From Sashavirus 536P12, in sequence record OZ035768.1: a stretch of DNA of 55,927 nucleotides, one strand, 5' to 3'. The notes under the pieces are model-generated. The model worked only from the letters and a program-made list of their open reading frames with translations, had not been told where the DNA came from and made no database searches. The position numbers and the translations under genes were made by a program. Positions 26,218 to 36,428 of the stretch are shown piece after piece (the stretch's first letter is position 1; each line of letters starts with the position of its first letter).

Positions 26218-26218
26218 C

Positions 26219-26398
26219 TTATTTGTCGCTTTTTAACACAGACCAGATTAACGCACCTAACCAACCGATGAATGTCCAACCCGCAAAGATGTTAAGTAAA
26301 ATAATTGCTGTTTGTTGTTTATGTTTAACGTTAATCGCGATGAGTGCTGGGATCAGATATACAGCAGCGATTAAGAAAAGAATGATGAAACTAGCCAT
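26219..26398 (-). CDS. superinfection immunity (Imm-like) small membrane protein
   Basis: 59 aa; strong SD GGAGGG; two TM segments and LLNIFAGWTFIGWLGALIW motif; the + ORF 26223..26405 is its mirror. Confidence 0.55.
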   Translation of the reverse strand: MASFIILFLIAAVYLIPALIAINVKHKQQTAIILLNIFAGWTFIGWLGALIWSVLKSDK

Positions 26399-26452
26399 TT
26401 TGTAACCCTCCGTTGTTTTGTTGATTGTAGTTTACACACCATTGTGCAATCC

Positions 26453-26470
26453 GTCAAGAATTATTTTAAA
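26453..26470 (-). promoter_or_regulatory. conserved promoter element (P10)
   Basis: GTCAAGAATTATTTTAAA at 26453-26470; minus-strand -35 TTGACG. Confidence 0.65.
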
Positions 26471-26514
26471 CATTTGTCGCTTTTTAGACCCGTGTTAAAC
26501 TGTGTATATGCTTC

Positions 26515-29103
26515 GTGAAAAGGTTAACCACAATGGCACAGTATCCGATTGATATAAAAATAGACACTGGTAACGCTGACAGAAATCTTAACAGCCTTAA
26601 TAACCAGTTAGACCAAACAGCTAATTCTGCAAAATCTGCTGCACAAGCGGCAAACACTTTATCAAAAAGTGAACAGCAAGCTGCAAAATCTGCACAAGTA
26701 ATGGCGTCAAATACTGGTAACGCTACATCATCTTTAAAGACGATGGCATCTGGCGTAAATCTTGCAACAAACGCCGTTCGTGGTTTTATGGCAATAGGTG
26801 CGGTGTCTTCTGCTATTGAGTTAGGAAAAGCGTTTATTGTTGCGGGTGATGCAGCTAATCAACTCGAAGCTCGTATTGCAAGATTGACCGGGAGTACATC
26901 ATCAGCCGAACAAACATTTCAAACACTCGCGGATATTGCCTCTAAAACAGGTGGTGGTCTTGCTGATACTGAACGTTTATGGGAAACCTTATCATCATCA
27001 TTAAAGGATAGCGGCGCAACAAACGATCAGATATTACGATTAACTGAAACACTTCAAAAAATAGGTCGTGTTGGTGGTTCATCTGCTGAAGAAATGTCTA
27101 ACGCATTACGTCAGTTTGGTCAGTCAATTTCATCTGGTGTAGTTCGTGCAGAAGAATTTAACAGCATTGTTGAACAGATGCCAGAACTGGCAAGACAGAT
27201 GGCTGCTGGTTTAGGTATTTCAATGGGTGAGTTACGTCAGCAAATGCTGAATGGTGAACTTACAGCGGAACAAGCATTGAATGCTATCATTCGTCAAACG
27301 CAAAATGTTGATGAAGAATTTAGCAAATTGCCACGGTCTTTAGATCAGGCCACAAATTCGTTATCTGTATCGTTAGCCACGTTTGTTGCAAGCATGAATG
27401 ATGTGACTGGAGCATCAAATCTTGCTGTAAACGCTATTGATACACTTACAGGTTTCATCAATAAATTAGGCGATGATTCAACAACAACTGCTGATAAATT
27501 GTGGTCAATAGCTGGCGTAATATCTAAGTTACAACCTGGTGCTATCGGAGCATCCCTTGCCGATCTGGTCTGGTCTAATGACGATGTAAATAATGCAAAA
27601 GCGTACAATGACCAGGTTGACAGATTTGTTAAAGCATCTGCTGCTGGATACGAACAAGCTGAAAAAAACCGTAATGCTACAAAACCTATTTCTATAAAAG
27701 GGACAAATGCATCAGACGCGGAAGCACAAAAACAGATTAAAAACCTGAAAGAGCAGATCACCTACACCCAGGCGCTTGCTGACGGTAACTATGAACTGGC
27801 AGCAAGTCAGAAACTGGGTAATAAAGCAACAAAGGAACAGATTGCAGACTATGCTGCGTTGTTGAAGCAACAGGCAGAATATAAAGAAAATCAAAAGAAC
27901 CAGAAGAAATCAGCGAGTGCTGAAGCATCTGCGGCTAAACGTGCACAGAAAGAACTGGAACGTAATCAGGCTGCTAACCAGAAATACCTGAAAACGCTTC
28001 AGGATAAAATCAATGCTGGTAATTATGATGTTCAGTTAGCACGTGAACTGGTTCAGATCGCTTTAACACAGGGGTCGTCTGTTGAACAACTTACAGCAAT
28101 GTATCAGAAAGAATATCAGGTACGTCAACAGTTAACGCTGGCTTCACAACAAGCAGAAGCACAGTCACGACTGAATAAAGACGCGACTGATGCTGAACGT
28201 GCCGCTGTTGATGCGCATGTGGCTGCATTGCAACGACAACAGCAGATAGCACAGTTAAGCGCAGATGTAAAACAAGTTGAATTAGATACCACAGGTATTC
28301 TTAATCCTGAGCAAGCCAAACTGGATGCTATAAACCAGCAAGAAGCCACTCGTCTTAGTATTGTTCAGGCGGCCCGTGAACAAGATTTAATCAACGAGCA
28401 ACAATACCAGGACATGAAAACGCAGATTCAACAGGCCGGGGAATTGCAACGTAATGATATGATGATGCAAAACAATGCATTACTATTGTCATCTACTGGT
28501 GATTTTTTCGGTGCAATGGGTGATGTTCTGAAAAATGCTAAAGGCGAACAGTCAGGCATTTATAAAGCGATGTTTGCCGCAAGTAAAGCGTTTGCCATAG
28601 CATCTGCATCAATTAACCTGTGGCAAAACGTCAGTAAAGCAATGTCTGTTGGTTTCCCAATGAACATTCCATTCATTGCCGGGGCTATGGCACAAGGTAC
28701 GGCAATTCTTCAAAGTTTATCATCTGTACAGGCTGCGGGGTTCGCTACGGGTGGTTTAGTTACTGGTCCTGGTACTGGTCAAAGTGATAGCATTAACGCA
28801 CGTTTAAGTAATGGGGAATTTGTCAGTACCAAACAGGCTACTAGTCGTTACCGTAATACACTGGAAGCAATGAACCGTGGTACATACACAGAGAACGGTC
28901 AGGGTAGTTCAGGTGTAAACGTACAGGTTTCCAATTATGGTGGTGAACGTGTTCGTGTGCAACAAGGCTTAACTCCCGATGATGTTCGTATTATCATAGG
29001 TGAAGAAGTACCCCGTATTAACCAACGTGAATTTAATGACCCTTATAGTAAAACAAATAAAGCGTTTCGTACTAACTATGAAGCACAAAGGAAAACATCA
29101 TGA
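26515..29103 (+). CDS. tape measure protein
   Basis: 862 aa, long helical Ala/Gln-rich protein downstream of the G/GT chaperones. Confidence 0.8.
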   Translation: MKRLTTMAQYPIDIKIDTGNADRNLNSLNNQLDQTANSAKSAAQAANTLSKSEQQAAKSAQVMASNTGNATSSLKTMASGVNLATNAVRGFMAIGAVSSAIELGKAFIVAGDAANQLEARIARLTGSTSSAEQTFQTLADIASKTGGGLADTERLWETLSSSLKDSGATNDQILRLTETLQKIGRVGGSSAEEMSNALRQFGQSISSGVVRAEEFNSIVEQMPELARQMAAGLGISMGELRQQMLNGELTAEQALNAIIRQTQNVDEEFSKLPRSLDQATNSLSVSLATFVASMNDVTGASNLAVNAIDTLTGFINKLGDDSTTTADKLWSIAGVISKLQPGAIGASLADLVWSNDDVNNAKAYNDQVDRFVKASAAGYEQAEKNRNATKPISIKGTNASDAEAQKQIKNLKEQITYTQALADGNYELAASQKLGNKATKEQIADYAALLKQQAEYKENQKNQKKSASAEASAAKRAQKELERNQAANQKYLKTLQDKINAGNYDVQLARELVQIALTQGSSVEQLTAMYQKEYQVRQQLTLASQQAEAQSRLNKDATDAERAAVDAHVAALQRQQQIAQLSADVKQVELDTTGILNPEQAKLDAINQQEATRLSIVQAAREQDLINEQQYQDMKTQIQQAGELQRNDMMMQNNALLLSSTGDFFGAMGDVLKNAKGEQSGIYKAMFAASKAFAIASASINLWQNVSKAMSVGFPMNIPFIAGAMAQGTAILQSLSSVQAAGFATGGLVTGPGTGQSDSINARLSNGEFVSTKQATSRYRNTLEAMNRGTYTENGQGSSGVNVQVSNYGGERVRVQQGLTPDDVRIIIGEEVPRINQREFNDPYSKTNKAFRTNYEAQRKTS

Positions 29104-29597
29104 CAGATAACTTACCACGGTTGATGTATGGTGGTGAAATGGTATTACCGGAACGTGACAGTTATAGTTACAACCCTCCGTGGGGGATTGTTAAATCTGA
29201 TATTGCCGGAACATTATCACGTTTACAAAGGGCTAGTTTTGGCAGTCCTGCTAATGTGTCTTGTTCTGTTCAATTATATTCACCAGCAATGCTTCAGTGG
29301 TGGGATGATTTTTATAATTATACAATTGCCGAAGGGTCTAAACGTTTTTTAATGCGTTTGTTTGTTAATGGTTTGATTCAGGATCATGTTTGTCAGATTG
29401 TTAATCAAGTACAATCTGACGTAGTAGGTTGGAAGGGGACTGTTCAGTTACAACTAGAAGCAATTCCTGTAATAGATCGTTGTGCAATGGCATCACGTAT
29501 TATCATTACTCAGTGTCAGGGTGATCGTGCGTTATGTTATTTACATGAAATCATTGATGTTGGTTTACTTCTGAATAATGCGTGGACACCAGAATGA
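29100..29597 (+). CDS. minor / distal tail protein candidate (gpM-like position)
   Basis: 165-aa ORF overlapping the tape measure stop. Confidence 0.4.
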   Translation: MTDNLPRLMYGGEMVLPERDSYSYNPPWGIVKSDIAGTLSRLQRASFGSPANVSCSVQLYSPAMLQWWDDFYNYTIAEGSKRFLMRLFVNGLIQDHVCQIVNQVQSDVVGWKGTVQLQLEAIPVIDRCAMASRIIITQCQGDRALCYLHEIIDVGLLLNNAWTPE

Positions 29598-30100
29598 AAG
29601 ATGAATTACGGGAACTACTAACTGTCGCTACTACAGGTAAAGGTGTGGTAGATGGTGTTGAAATAAATCATTCATCATGGTCTGAACCTGTTTATTTAAC
29701 ATCGTCTTACCCAGGTTTCACCGCCATACATGAAGATGGTAAGGAATATGATTACCTGTATGTGCCAATGGCTGTAAAAAAAGCAAACAAACAAACAGAT
29801 TTATCACAGGAGTTTAGTTTTACAATACAGGATCTGAATGAAATTGTGGCGGTTAAATGTGATGAAATACCTTTAGATACTGATGAAAAACCAACAGTAA
29901 CGTTAAGAACTTTTGTGTACCGTGAAGACGGGTCTATATCAGATATTCAGGATGGTCCATATATTTTAAATTCAGGTGATATAACTTTTTCACCTGAAGG
30001 TTGTACTTTTACAGCTAACCCACCGTTAACAAATTATGCTGGAACTGGCGAATTATATACGTTTGAACGTTTCCCGACACTTTTGGCATATGCATCATGA
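29582..30100 (+). CDS. minor tail protein candidate (gpL-like position)
   Basis: 172-aa ORF. Confidence 0.4.
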   Translation: MDTRMKDELRELLTVATTGKGVVDGVEINHSSWSEPVYLTSSYPGFTAIHEDGKEYDYLYVPMAVKKANKQTDLSQEFSFTIQDLNEIVAVKCDEIPLDTDEKPTVTLRTFVYREDGSISDIQDGPYILNSGDITFSPEGCTFTANPPLTNYAGTGELYTFERFPTLLAYAS

Positions 30101-30480
30101 TCGGTGATCGTTATGATATTGACAAGTGGAATTGCACACACGAGGTTGCGCAATGGTACGCTATAAACGGCTATCCCGGTGCAGTAGAACCTGTATCATC
30201 TTTACAATGGGATATTCGTTTTGTGCTATGGATGAGGCGACATTTTACACCTATTGAAAACACTGAACAGGGTGCTTTGGTAGTAATGCGTAATAAGTAC
30301 AGTGGCGGTTTACATGTTGGTGTGTGGGATAAGGGAATGGTTCATCATTGTTTCCAACCACTAACAGGAGGTCCCGGTCAGACTATACGATCCCCGTTGT
30401 GTCTGTTAAAATCAAACCATGTAATTCTAAAATATGGTAGATATAATGGCACGGATCCTTTACTTCAAACCAGGTCATGA
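30097..30480 (+). CDS. tail tip protein with NlpC/P60-type peptidase motifs (gpK-like)
   Basis: 127 aa; Cys (NCTHEVAQWY) and His (GGLHVGVW...MVHH) spacing consistent with an NlpC/P60 catalytic core. Confidence 0.5.
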   Translation: MIGDRYDIDKWNCTHEVAQWYAINGYPGAVEPVSSLQWDIRFVLWMRRHFTPIENTEQGALVVMRNKYSGGLHVGVWDKGMVHHCFQPLTGGPGQTIRSPLCLLKSNHVILKYGRYNGTDPLLQTRS

Positions 30481-32998
30481 TGTAATTGATGAACAGGCTG
30501 AAAACCTTGCTGAATGGTTGCTCGCAACATGGCCTGTCGGATCTGTTCGTCCACGTGGCCTTAAACTCTATAAAAATGAGGTTACTCCAGAAAATGACAT
30601 AACTCACGCGTGGGTTGGTGATCCGTCTGTAGTGATGGACAATAGTGCTAATTATATCGTTGTGGAACTTCCTAAAGGTCCGGTTGCTGCATTTGTTCCG
30701 TATATCATAGCAGCTATAGTTGCTGTTGCCGCAACTATTATTTTAACACCTAATGCGGGGCTATCTGCATCACTTAAAAATACTCGTTCAGCTTCTTCAA
30801 ATAACGCATTGCAAGGCCGTACCAACGCACCACGACCCGGTGAACGTATAGCAGATATCCGTGGTTATGTTCGTGCATACCCAGATCTTCTGATGGATTA
30901 TAAAATTTTCATTGACCGCACTGAATACGAAGTTCAGTTTCTATGTTTAGGCGCTGGTGAATATAAAATCGAAGATGTAAGAGATGGTATTACACCTGCG
31001 TTAAATATCAGTGGCGAACAGCTTGATTTTTATAAAAACAGTGCGGCACCTGGTTATGGTTCGCCATATATGAATATTGGCGGTGGTATCGATCTGTCTA
31101 AATTTCCAATAATGACAGCTAAATCATCAAATGAAGCCGATGGTTCTGAAGTCAAACCGCCTAATTATGCAGATATTAGTAACGCCAAATTTAAAATATT
31201 TAGCACGGGTGAAATTAATACCAGTATCACATCAGGAAGTGGTAACACTACTATTGATTGGACTGAACGTGCATCTACTGGTCAGGTTCGTCTTTCTGGT
31301 TTTTATAGTTTTACACCAAACACATTACCACTTAATACGTATACAAGAAATGATTTAAGCGGTTTATATGATGTTATATCATCCGGTGATGATTTTTTAA
31401 TACTTGACACTACTGGTCATGATGGGTGGGATGAATTATCATCTTCAGGTCAAGATGCGTATACACAGGCTTATTTGCGAAAAGACGGTTACTGGGAATT
31501 TGAAGCCACTGAAGGAAGCGAAAGTTTTTTATACAAATTTTCACCTGTTGTTGAAAGTACCGCACCTTATCAGGTTGGACCATACTTGTTAGATAGTGCA
31601 GATCGTGTAATGGTGAATTTGTATGCACAGTCTGGCGTATATAAAACAGATGGTGATATTTATCCTTTCACCTGTGATTTTCTTGTCATACTATCAGACC
31701 CCAATCATGTTCACGGGGATATTAGCCATTCTATGTCTGTTGTTGGTCGATATGATGAGGCTGTAGGTGCTACATTAATCGTAGATAATCCATTTAACGG
31801 ACCCGTTAATGTATCTGTTCGTCGTACTACTAATACAGATAAAGATTTCGAAGGTACTGTTGTAGATACGGTAAAATGGCGAGATTTATATGCTATAACT
31901 AATGTTCCCGCTCGTTCATATGGTGATGTAACATTAATTCATACAGTGACTAAAGCAACTAACGCAGCTTTAAAACAGAAAGAACGAAAACTAAACATGC
32001 TTGCAACCCGAGTGTATAATGGTGTTGCAAGTAGAAATTTTGCAGATGTAATAATGTCGATGCATACAGATCCATTTTTCGGTCGTCGAACTGTTGAAAG
32101 TATTGATGTTGACGCATTATATGACGTACAACAGCAGATATTAGATTATTTTGGTGATGGTCGTGCAATTGAAGTTGGTTATACATTTGACAGTAATAAC
32201 ACCACATATGAAGAAGCATTACAGGTTATTTGTGGACCAGTTAATATAATGCCCTATCAGGTCGGTAGTGTATTGTATTTCTGGCCTGAATTACCACAAG
32301 ACCAGTCCGCAATGCAGTTTGGTCATGCGTTTAAAGTACCAGATACTGATAAACGTACCCGGAGTTTTGCATCTAATAAAGATTTCACGGGTGTACAGGT
32401 GAAATATTTTGATCACGATGCTAAATCTTATTTATATATAACCAAAGGCGAAGAAACAAACCTTAATAAGATAGATCTTGTTGCGTGTCAGTCACGATAC
32501 CTTGCAAATATCCGTGCTAATCGTGAGATGAATAAATTACGTTATCAACGTATTACTCACGAGTGCACAGCGCTTAGTATCGGGTTACAGGCTACCCCGG
32601 GTATGCGTGTGGATATGATTGATAACACCCGTATGAAACAACACGAAGGTGTCGTAGTTGATGTTGACGGTTTAACGCTTATTCTTAGTGATCCTGTTAC
32701 GTTCACTACGGGTAATATATACAGCATAACGTTAACACACCGACTGGGAACACTTGAAAATATTCCTGTAACTGCCGGGGATGATGAATTTTCAGTGGTA
32801 ATGGCTTATCAACCGTCTGAAGAAATTTACACGGGGTGGTTACGTGACCGTACCGCATATGTTATCCGTGCTGATGACGAACGTAGCAAATTAGCGATGC
32901 TTGTTCAGAGTATGGAACCGTCAGGAAGAGATAATAACTATCAGGTAGGTTTAACGTGCATCAATTACGATGCACGTTATTATCAGGATGATTTATAA
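30434..32998 (+). CDS. tail tip / host-specificity protein candidate (gpI/gpJ-like region)
   Basis: 854 aa following the gpK-like gene; start uncertain (overlaps upstream gene by 47 nt). Confidence 0.5.
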   Translation: MVDIMARILYFKPGHDVIDEQAENLAEWLLATWPVGSVRPRGLKLYKNEVTPENDITHAWVGDPSVVMDNSANYIVVELPKGPVAAFVPYIIAAIVAVAATIILTPNAGLSASLKNTRSASSNNALQGRTNAPRPGERIADIRGYVRAYPDLLMDYKIFIDRTEYEVQFLCLGAGEYKIEDVRDGITPALNISGEQLDFYKNSAAPGYGSPYMNIGGGIDLSKFPIMTAKSSNEADGSEVKPPNYADISNAKFKIFSTGEINTSITSGSGNTTIDWTERASTGQVRLSGFYSFTPNTLPLNTYTRNDLSGLYDVISSGDDFLILDTTGHDGWDELSSSGQDAYTQAYLRKDGYWEFEATEGSESFLYKFSPVVESTAPYQVGPYLLDSADRVMVNLYAQSGVYKTDGDIYPFTCDFLVILSDPNHVHGDISHSMSVVGRYDEAVGATLIVDNPFNGPVNVSVRRTTNTDKDFEGTVVDTVKWRDLYAITNVPARSYGDVTLIHTVTKATNAALKQKERKLNMLATRVYNGVASRNFADVIMSMHTDPFFGRRTVESIDVDALYDVQQQILDYFGDGRAIEVGYTFDSNNTTYEEALQVICGPVNIMPYQVGSVLYFWPELPQDQSAMQFGHAFKVPDTDKRTRSFASNKDFTGVQVKYFDHDAKSYLYITKGEETNLNKIDLVACQSRYLANIRANREMNKLRYQRITHECTALSIGLQATPGMRVDMIDNTRMKQHEGVVVDVDGLTLILSDPVTFTTGNIYSITLTHRLGTLENIPVTAGDDEFSVVMAYQPSEEIYTGWLRDRTAYVIRADDERSKLAMLVQSMEPSGRDNNYQVGLTCINYDARYYQDDL

Positions 32999-33024
32999 CA
33001 AGTTATCTAAGCCGTTGGCTTGTT

Positions 33025-33395
33025 TCCGTTGCAACATCTGAGCAGTGGAAAGATAAGCAGACAGGAGAAAAGAAAGAACAGACTGAATGGCATCCGTGGT
33101 CATCTTCGGAAAGCTTGCTGAGGTTGCAGGAGAATACCTTAGCAAAGGCTCGCAGGTTTACATCGAAGGACAACTTCGCACTCGTAAGTGGACTGACAGC
33201 AATGGCGTGGACAAATACACCACTGAGATTGTCATTCCGCAGATGGGTGGCTTTATGCAGATGCTTGGCGGTAAACGTGATGATTCTGGTCAGCAACAAC
33301 AACGCCAGCAACGACAACAACAGCAACCACCAAAACAACAAAGCTCACAAGGAGGAAATGAGTCTCCTATGGACTTCGAAGATATTCCGTTTTGA
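33025..33395 (+). pseudogene. ssb: single-stranded DNA-binding protein (ssb) remnant: N-terminally truncated and frameshifted
   Basis: frame 1 encodes [21 protein letters not shown], then a 1-nt frame change near 33092 continues as [34 protein letters not shown]...MDFEDIPF (ORF 33087..33395); collinear with E. coli SSB residues ~36-178 as recalled; first ~35 residues absent; no SD before ATG 33087. Confidence 0.6.
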
Positions 33396-33406
33396 TGATA
33401 AAACTA

Positions 33407-33431
33407 GCCCCGCCGAAGCGGGGTTTATTTT
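33407..33431 (+). terminator. rho-independent terminator
   Basis: CCCCGCCGAAGCGGGG hairpin followed by TTTATTTT. Confidence 0.6.
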
Positions 33432-33537
33432 ACGGTGACACAGATGCTACCGTATACTCAACAGTAAGCCATGATCCGCATTCATTTTACTTTTATTATA
33501 CACAGTAGTTTAAAGTTCGTGCAGATCAAGGTCCCTG

Positions 33538-36081
33538 TTACTGTGAAACTAATTTCTCCTCAATGATGCTCAGTCTCTCTGACAGACCACGCATCACGAA
33601 TCTGTCAAATTCCTGATCGCGTAATTGCCATACAGAACCAGACTCACGTACTAATTGCAGTTCGCCAGTTTCAACGACTTCGCCATCTACCTCAATGGTT
33701 ACCGGGGTATATTCATCATCCCACTCATCAAAACAGATAAATCCATAGCTCCGCCAGTCTAGACCTTCCTCTTCCAGAACAGCTAACACTGCTTGAACCG
33801 TAGTCCCTGCATGCAAACGCTTACTGTCATCATCAAGCCACGTCCAGAATCCAAACATTTTCGAGATGCGCATTGCTGCATTGAGTTCGGCCTGATTGAA
33901 CTCCCGGATAGGGTCTTTAAGTGTGGCATCTGAAGTTGACTGTGTTCCGCCAGCGAAGAAACCAACATTGTAGCGATTGCTTGCCCTGCCAAGGTTCTGC
34001 GTGGCGTCATTGACTGGATGCTGGGTTCCGTCAGATTTGAATACATACAGGGGGGTTAATGCACCCGAGGATGTGTTTCTTTGCGAGACGGTGAGATCGC
34101 CTATTGATGATGCCGTGACATCAGCACCGGAAAGATTGGCGTTACGAATAGAAAGGATGCTTTGCGGGCCAGCATTCCTCGGCAGCATAGTACCATCTGG
34201 CTTGATTATTGTGCTCTCGCCGTTATTGATGTAATCTCCCGTTGTGTTACCAGTCACTTCTCCAGAGCCTTTAAGCACAATTTTTGCGTGAGTTACGTTA
34301 ACCCCATAGCGACCGTTGCTCGTTGAATTGGCATTGGCGGCAGATATTAAGCCATCGTAAACAGCAACCAGACCATCCGTGCCATTTTGTGTGGCAGTTG
34401 AGTTAGTGAAAATAACTGCACCGCTATTTGAAGCGGTTACACCAATTAGCCTGTTTAAATAGCTCTTCCCATTTTGCAGATTTAATGCACCTGGTCCGCG
34501 TGATTCACCACCATTGGTATAGTTACCGCACGCAATCCCCCCTGGTGCCCCCAAAAAACCATGATTAAAAGACCAGAACCCATTCAACCCATTGCCAGAG
34601 CAAACTGATCCGTTAGCCTGTATTGCGCCACCAATATCAGCAATAATCCCATCCTCACCATTCCCTGAGCAAAGCATAAATTTACCGCGTATATGAGCGC
34701 CTTCAGAATATACACCGCGCTTGCGGTTAGAGCATGAAGATATAAAGTTTGAAACCACACCAGATCTTTCTGAAGCCACGACCCCCTGTTCTCCGAACCC
34801 AACGATCGCCAGATCAGGCCCAATTGCTATACATCCTGACGCATCAAAAACCACGTTGGATGGGTCTTGGATGGCAACAGTTATATCTGGAGTGGCAAGG
34901 GAGAAGCCATGTGCCCCGATAGTGCCAGTGCCGGCCACAAGGTCATAATCACCAACAATTGCGACACCGTTTATTGTCTTAATGCACCCAGCACCTGCAG
35001 CCACAATCCCATCACATCCGGCATATCTCAGAATACTTTTTAGTATGACTACTGTTCCGCCTGTAATCGTTGACGTTGGTAATTCAGACAGGTGGCAGGT
35101 GTTTTTTACGGTAACATTTTTGCCAGACACGGCAGTCACAACCCATCCGCCACAATGGATGTGATATCCTCCTGTCCCCGTTATATCGTGACGAATCATC
35201 ACGATGTCGCCTACAGAAACGTTTGAAGCATCAGCCAGAGAGAGCGTAACTAGGTATGATTTGGGGATACCAGATACACCCACTAAGCCAGTTAGCGTAG
35301 TTGAATACGTAATACCAGAAATAGAAAGTTTATGAACATTTTGTGATCTGATTAGCGTCTTTTCTGATAGGTTAACAGTTCCAACAGGAAGATTGATGGT
35401 CAAAGAACCTCTAAACTCTGCTCGTGAAAGCAATTTCAGTACAGAAGGAACCTGCGACAAGGTTGGCGTGGCCGTATAATCGCCTGGAGGCACAATGATG
35501 GTGCCGCTTGTCGCCGCTACCGCCTTAATGATTGCTCCCGCAACATCACCTCCGGTCAGGTAATCTGCAATGCTTATCGACTCCAGCATTTTGTCGTGAA
35601 CGGTTCTGACGACCGAGTCGCCTGGCTGCTTAACTACAACCAATGCATCTCCAGCCCCATCATGAGGACTACCCAGAACAGCCGAGCCAACTCCCAGCCA
35701 TTTTCCGATCCCAACACCACCTGCCGTGTCAGGAGTGGAACCTGGTGGAACAATTTTTCCTGATGGCAGAAATGCGCCATCCCAGCGGTAATATTCGCCA
35801 GTTGCCTTATATCGCAGCACCTGATTAGATAATGTAAGTGTCGCACCATCTTCGAAGCTATCCATCGTTATATAGCCGACCCGAGATATAGCCTGATTAT
35901 ACAGGTTTTCTAAACCATCAAGTGTCTTGTTAGTAACTGATTCGCCACGGATTGTATCGGTTGCTTCCAGTGCAGGTTTACCGGTAGCGTCACGACTTTT
36001 TGCAACGTGTTCAATATGTAAAATCGCTTGTTTGCCTGTTTTCAAATCATCAGCACTGATATAATCGTTACAGTTAGCCAT
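33538..36081 (-). CDS. tailspike / tail fibre with beta-helix region and C-terminal intramolecular chaperone (peptidase S74-like) domain
   Basis: ORF 33538..36108 begins with TTG; likely start ATG 36081 with GGAGA SD; Gly/Asn/Ser-rich central region; C-terminal TSDATLKDPIREFNQAELNAA matches the autoproteolytic chaperone motif. Confidence 0.75.
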   Translation of the reverse strand: MANCNDYISADDLKTGKQAILHIEHVAKSRDATGKPALEATDTIRGESVTNKTLDGLENLYNQAISRVGYITMDSFEDGATLTLSNQVLRYKATGEYYRWDGAFLPSGKIVPPGSTPDTAGGVGIGKWLGVGSAVLGSPHDGAGDALVVVKQPGDSVVRTVHDKMLESISIADYLTGGDVAGAIIKAVAATSGTIIVPPGDYTATPTLSQVPSVLKLLSRAEFRGSLTINLPVGTVNLSEKTLIRSQNVHKLSISGITYSTTLTGLVGVSGIPKSYLVTLSLADASNVSVGDIVMIRHDITGTGGYHIHCGGWVVTAVSGKNVTVKNTCHLSELPTSTITGGTVVILKSILRYAGCDGIVAAGAGCIKTINGVAIVGDYDLVAGTGTIGAHGFSLATPDITVAIQDPSNVVFDASGCIAIGPDLAIVGFGEQGVVASERSGVVSNFISSCSNRKRGVYSEGAHIRGKFMLCSGNGEDGIIADIGGAIQANGSVCSGNGLNGFWSFNHGFLGAPGGIACGNYTNGGESRGPGALNLQNGKSYLNRLIGVTASNSGAVIFTNSTATQNGTDGLVAVYDGLISAANANSTSNGRYGVNVTHAKIVLKGSGEVTGNTTGDYINNGESTIIKPDGTMLPRNAGPQSILSIRNANLSGADVTASSIGDLTVSQRNTSSGALTPLYVFKSDGTQHPVNDATQNLGRASNRYNVGFFAGGTQSTSDATLKDPIREFNQAELNAAMRISKMFGFWTWLDDDSKRLHAGTTVQAVLAVLEEEGLDWRSYGFICFDEWDDEYTPVTIEVDGEVVETGELQLVRESGSVWQLRDQEFDRFVMRGLSERLSIIEEKLVSQ

Positions 36082-36107
36082 CTTTAAGTCTCCAGGAGTG
36101 TAGAACA

Positions 36108-36428
36108 ATGTCTGATAACCCAGTGTTAAGGTATTGGCCTATAATAGCATTTGTTGCCACGGGGTTGGTAGGTTACGGAGTAACTCAAAACCAAATCAAT
36201 TCTAATGAAAAAGATATTACTGATGCAAAAACCTATGCGCATGAGGCGCTTAATCTGGCAAAGCGAGTGGAATCCCGAGTGGATGTTCACGACATCAAAA
36301 TCGAATATCAGGCCACACAGAACGCTGAAATCCTCACTAGTGTTAAAGAGCTAACACAGTCAACAAATGACCTGAAAGTTGTTATTGAAGGTTTGAAAGC
36401 GGAACAACGTAAAACCGGGAGTAAGTGA
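36108..36428 (+). CDS. membrane protein with N-terminal TM helix and coiled-coil (holin/antiholin-like lysis protein candidate)
   Basis: 106 aa; YWPIIAFVATGLVGYGV TM; immediately upstream of the endolysin gene. Confidence 0.4.
   Translation: MSDNPVLRYWPIIAFVATGLVGYGVTQNQINSNEKDITDAKTYAHEALNLAKRVESRVDVHDIKIEYQATQNAEILTSVKELTQSTNDLKVVIEGLKAEQRKTGSK

Noticed and set aside
26223-26405. Plus-strand ORF of 60 aa
   Set aside because: It is the mirror of the minus-strand Imm-like gene, which has a strong SD, membrane-protein character and sits correctly downstream of promoter P10.
33783-35849. Several 60-90-aa ORFs on both strands inside the tailspike gene (33783..34046, 33977..34234, 34584..34823, 34721..34948, 34982..35164, 35634..35849, 35643..35828)
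   Set aside because: All lie within the long, motif-supported tailspike CDS and lack RBS or promoters; treated as shadow ORFs.
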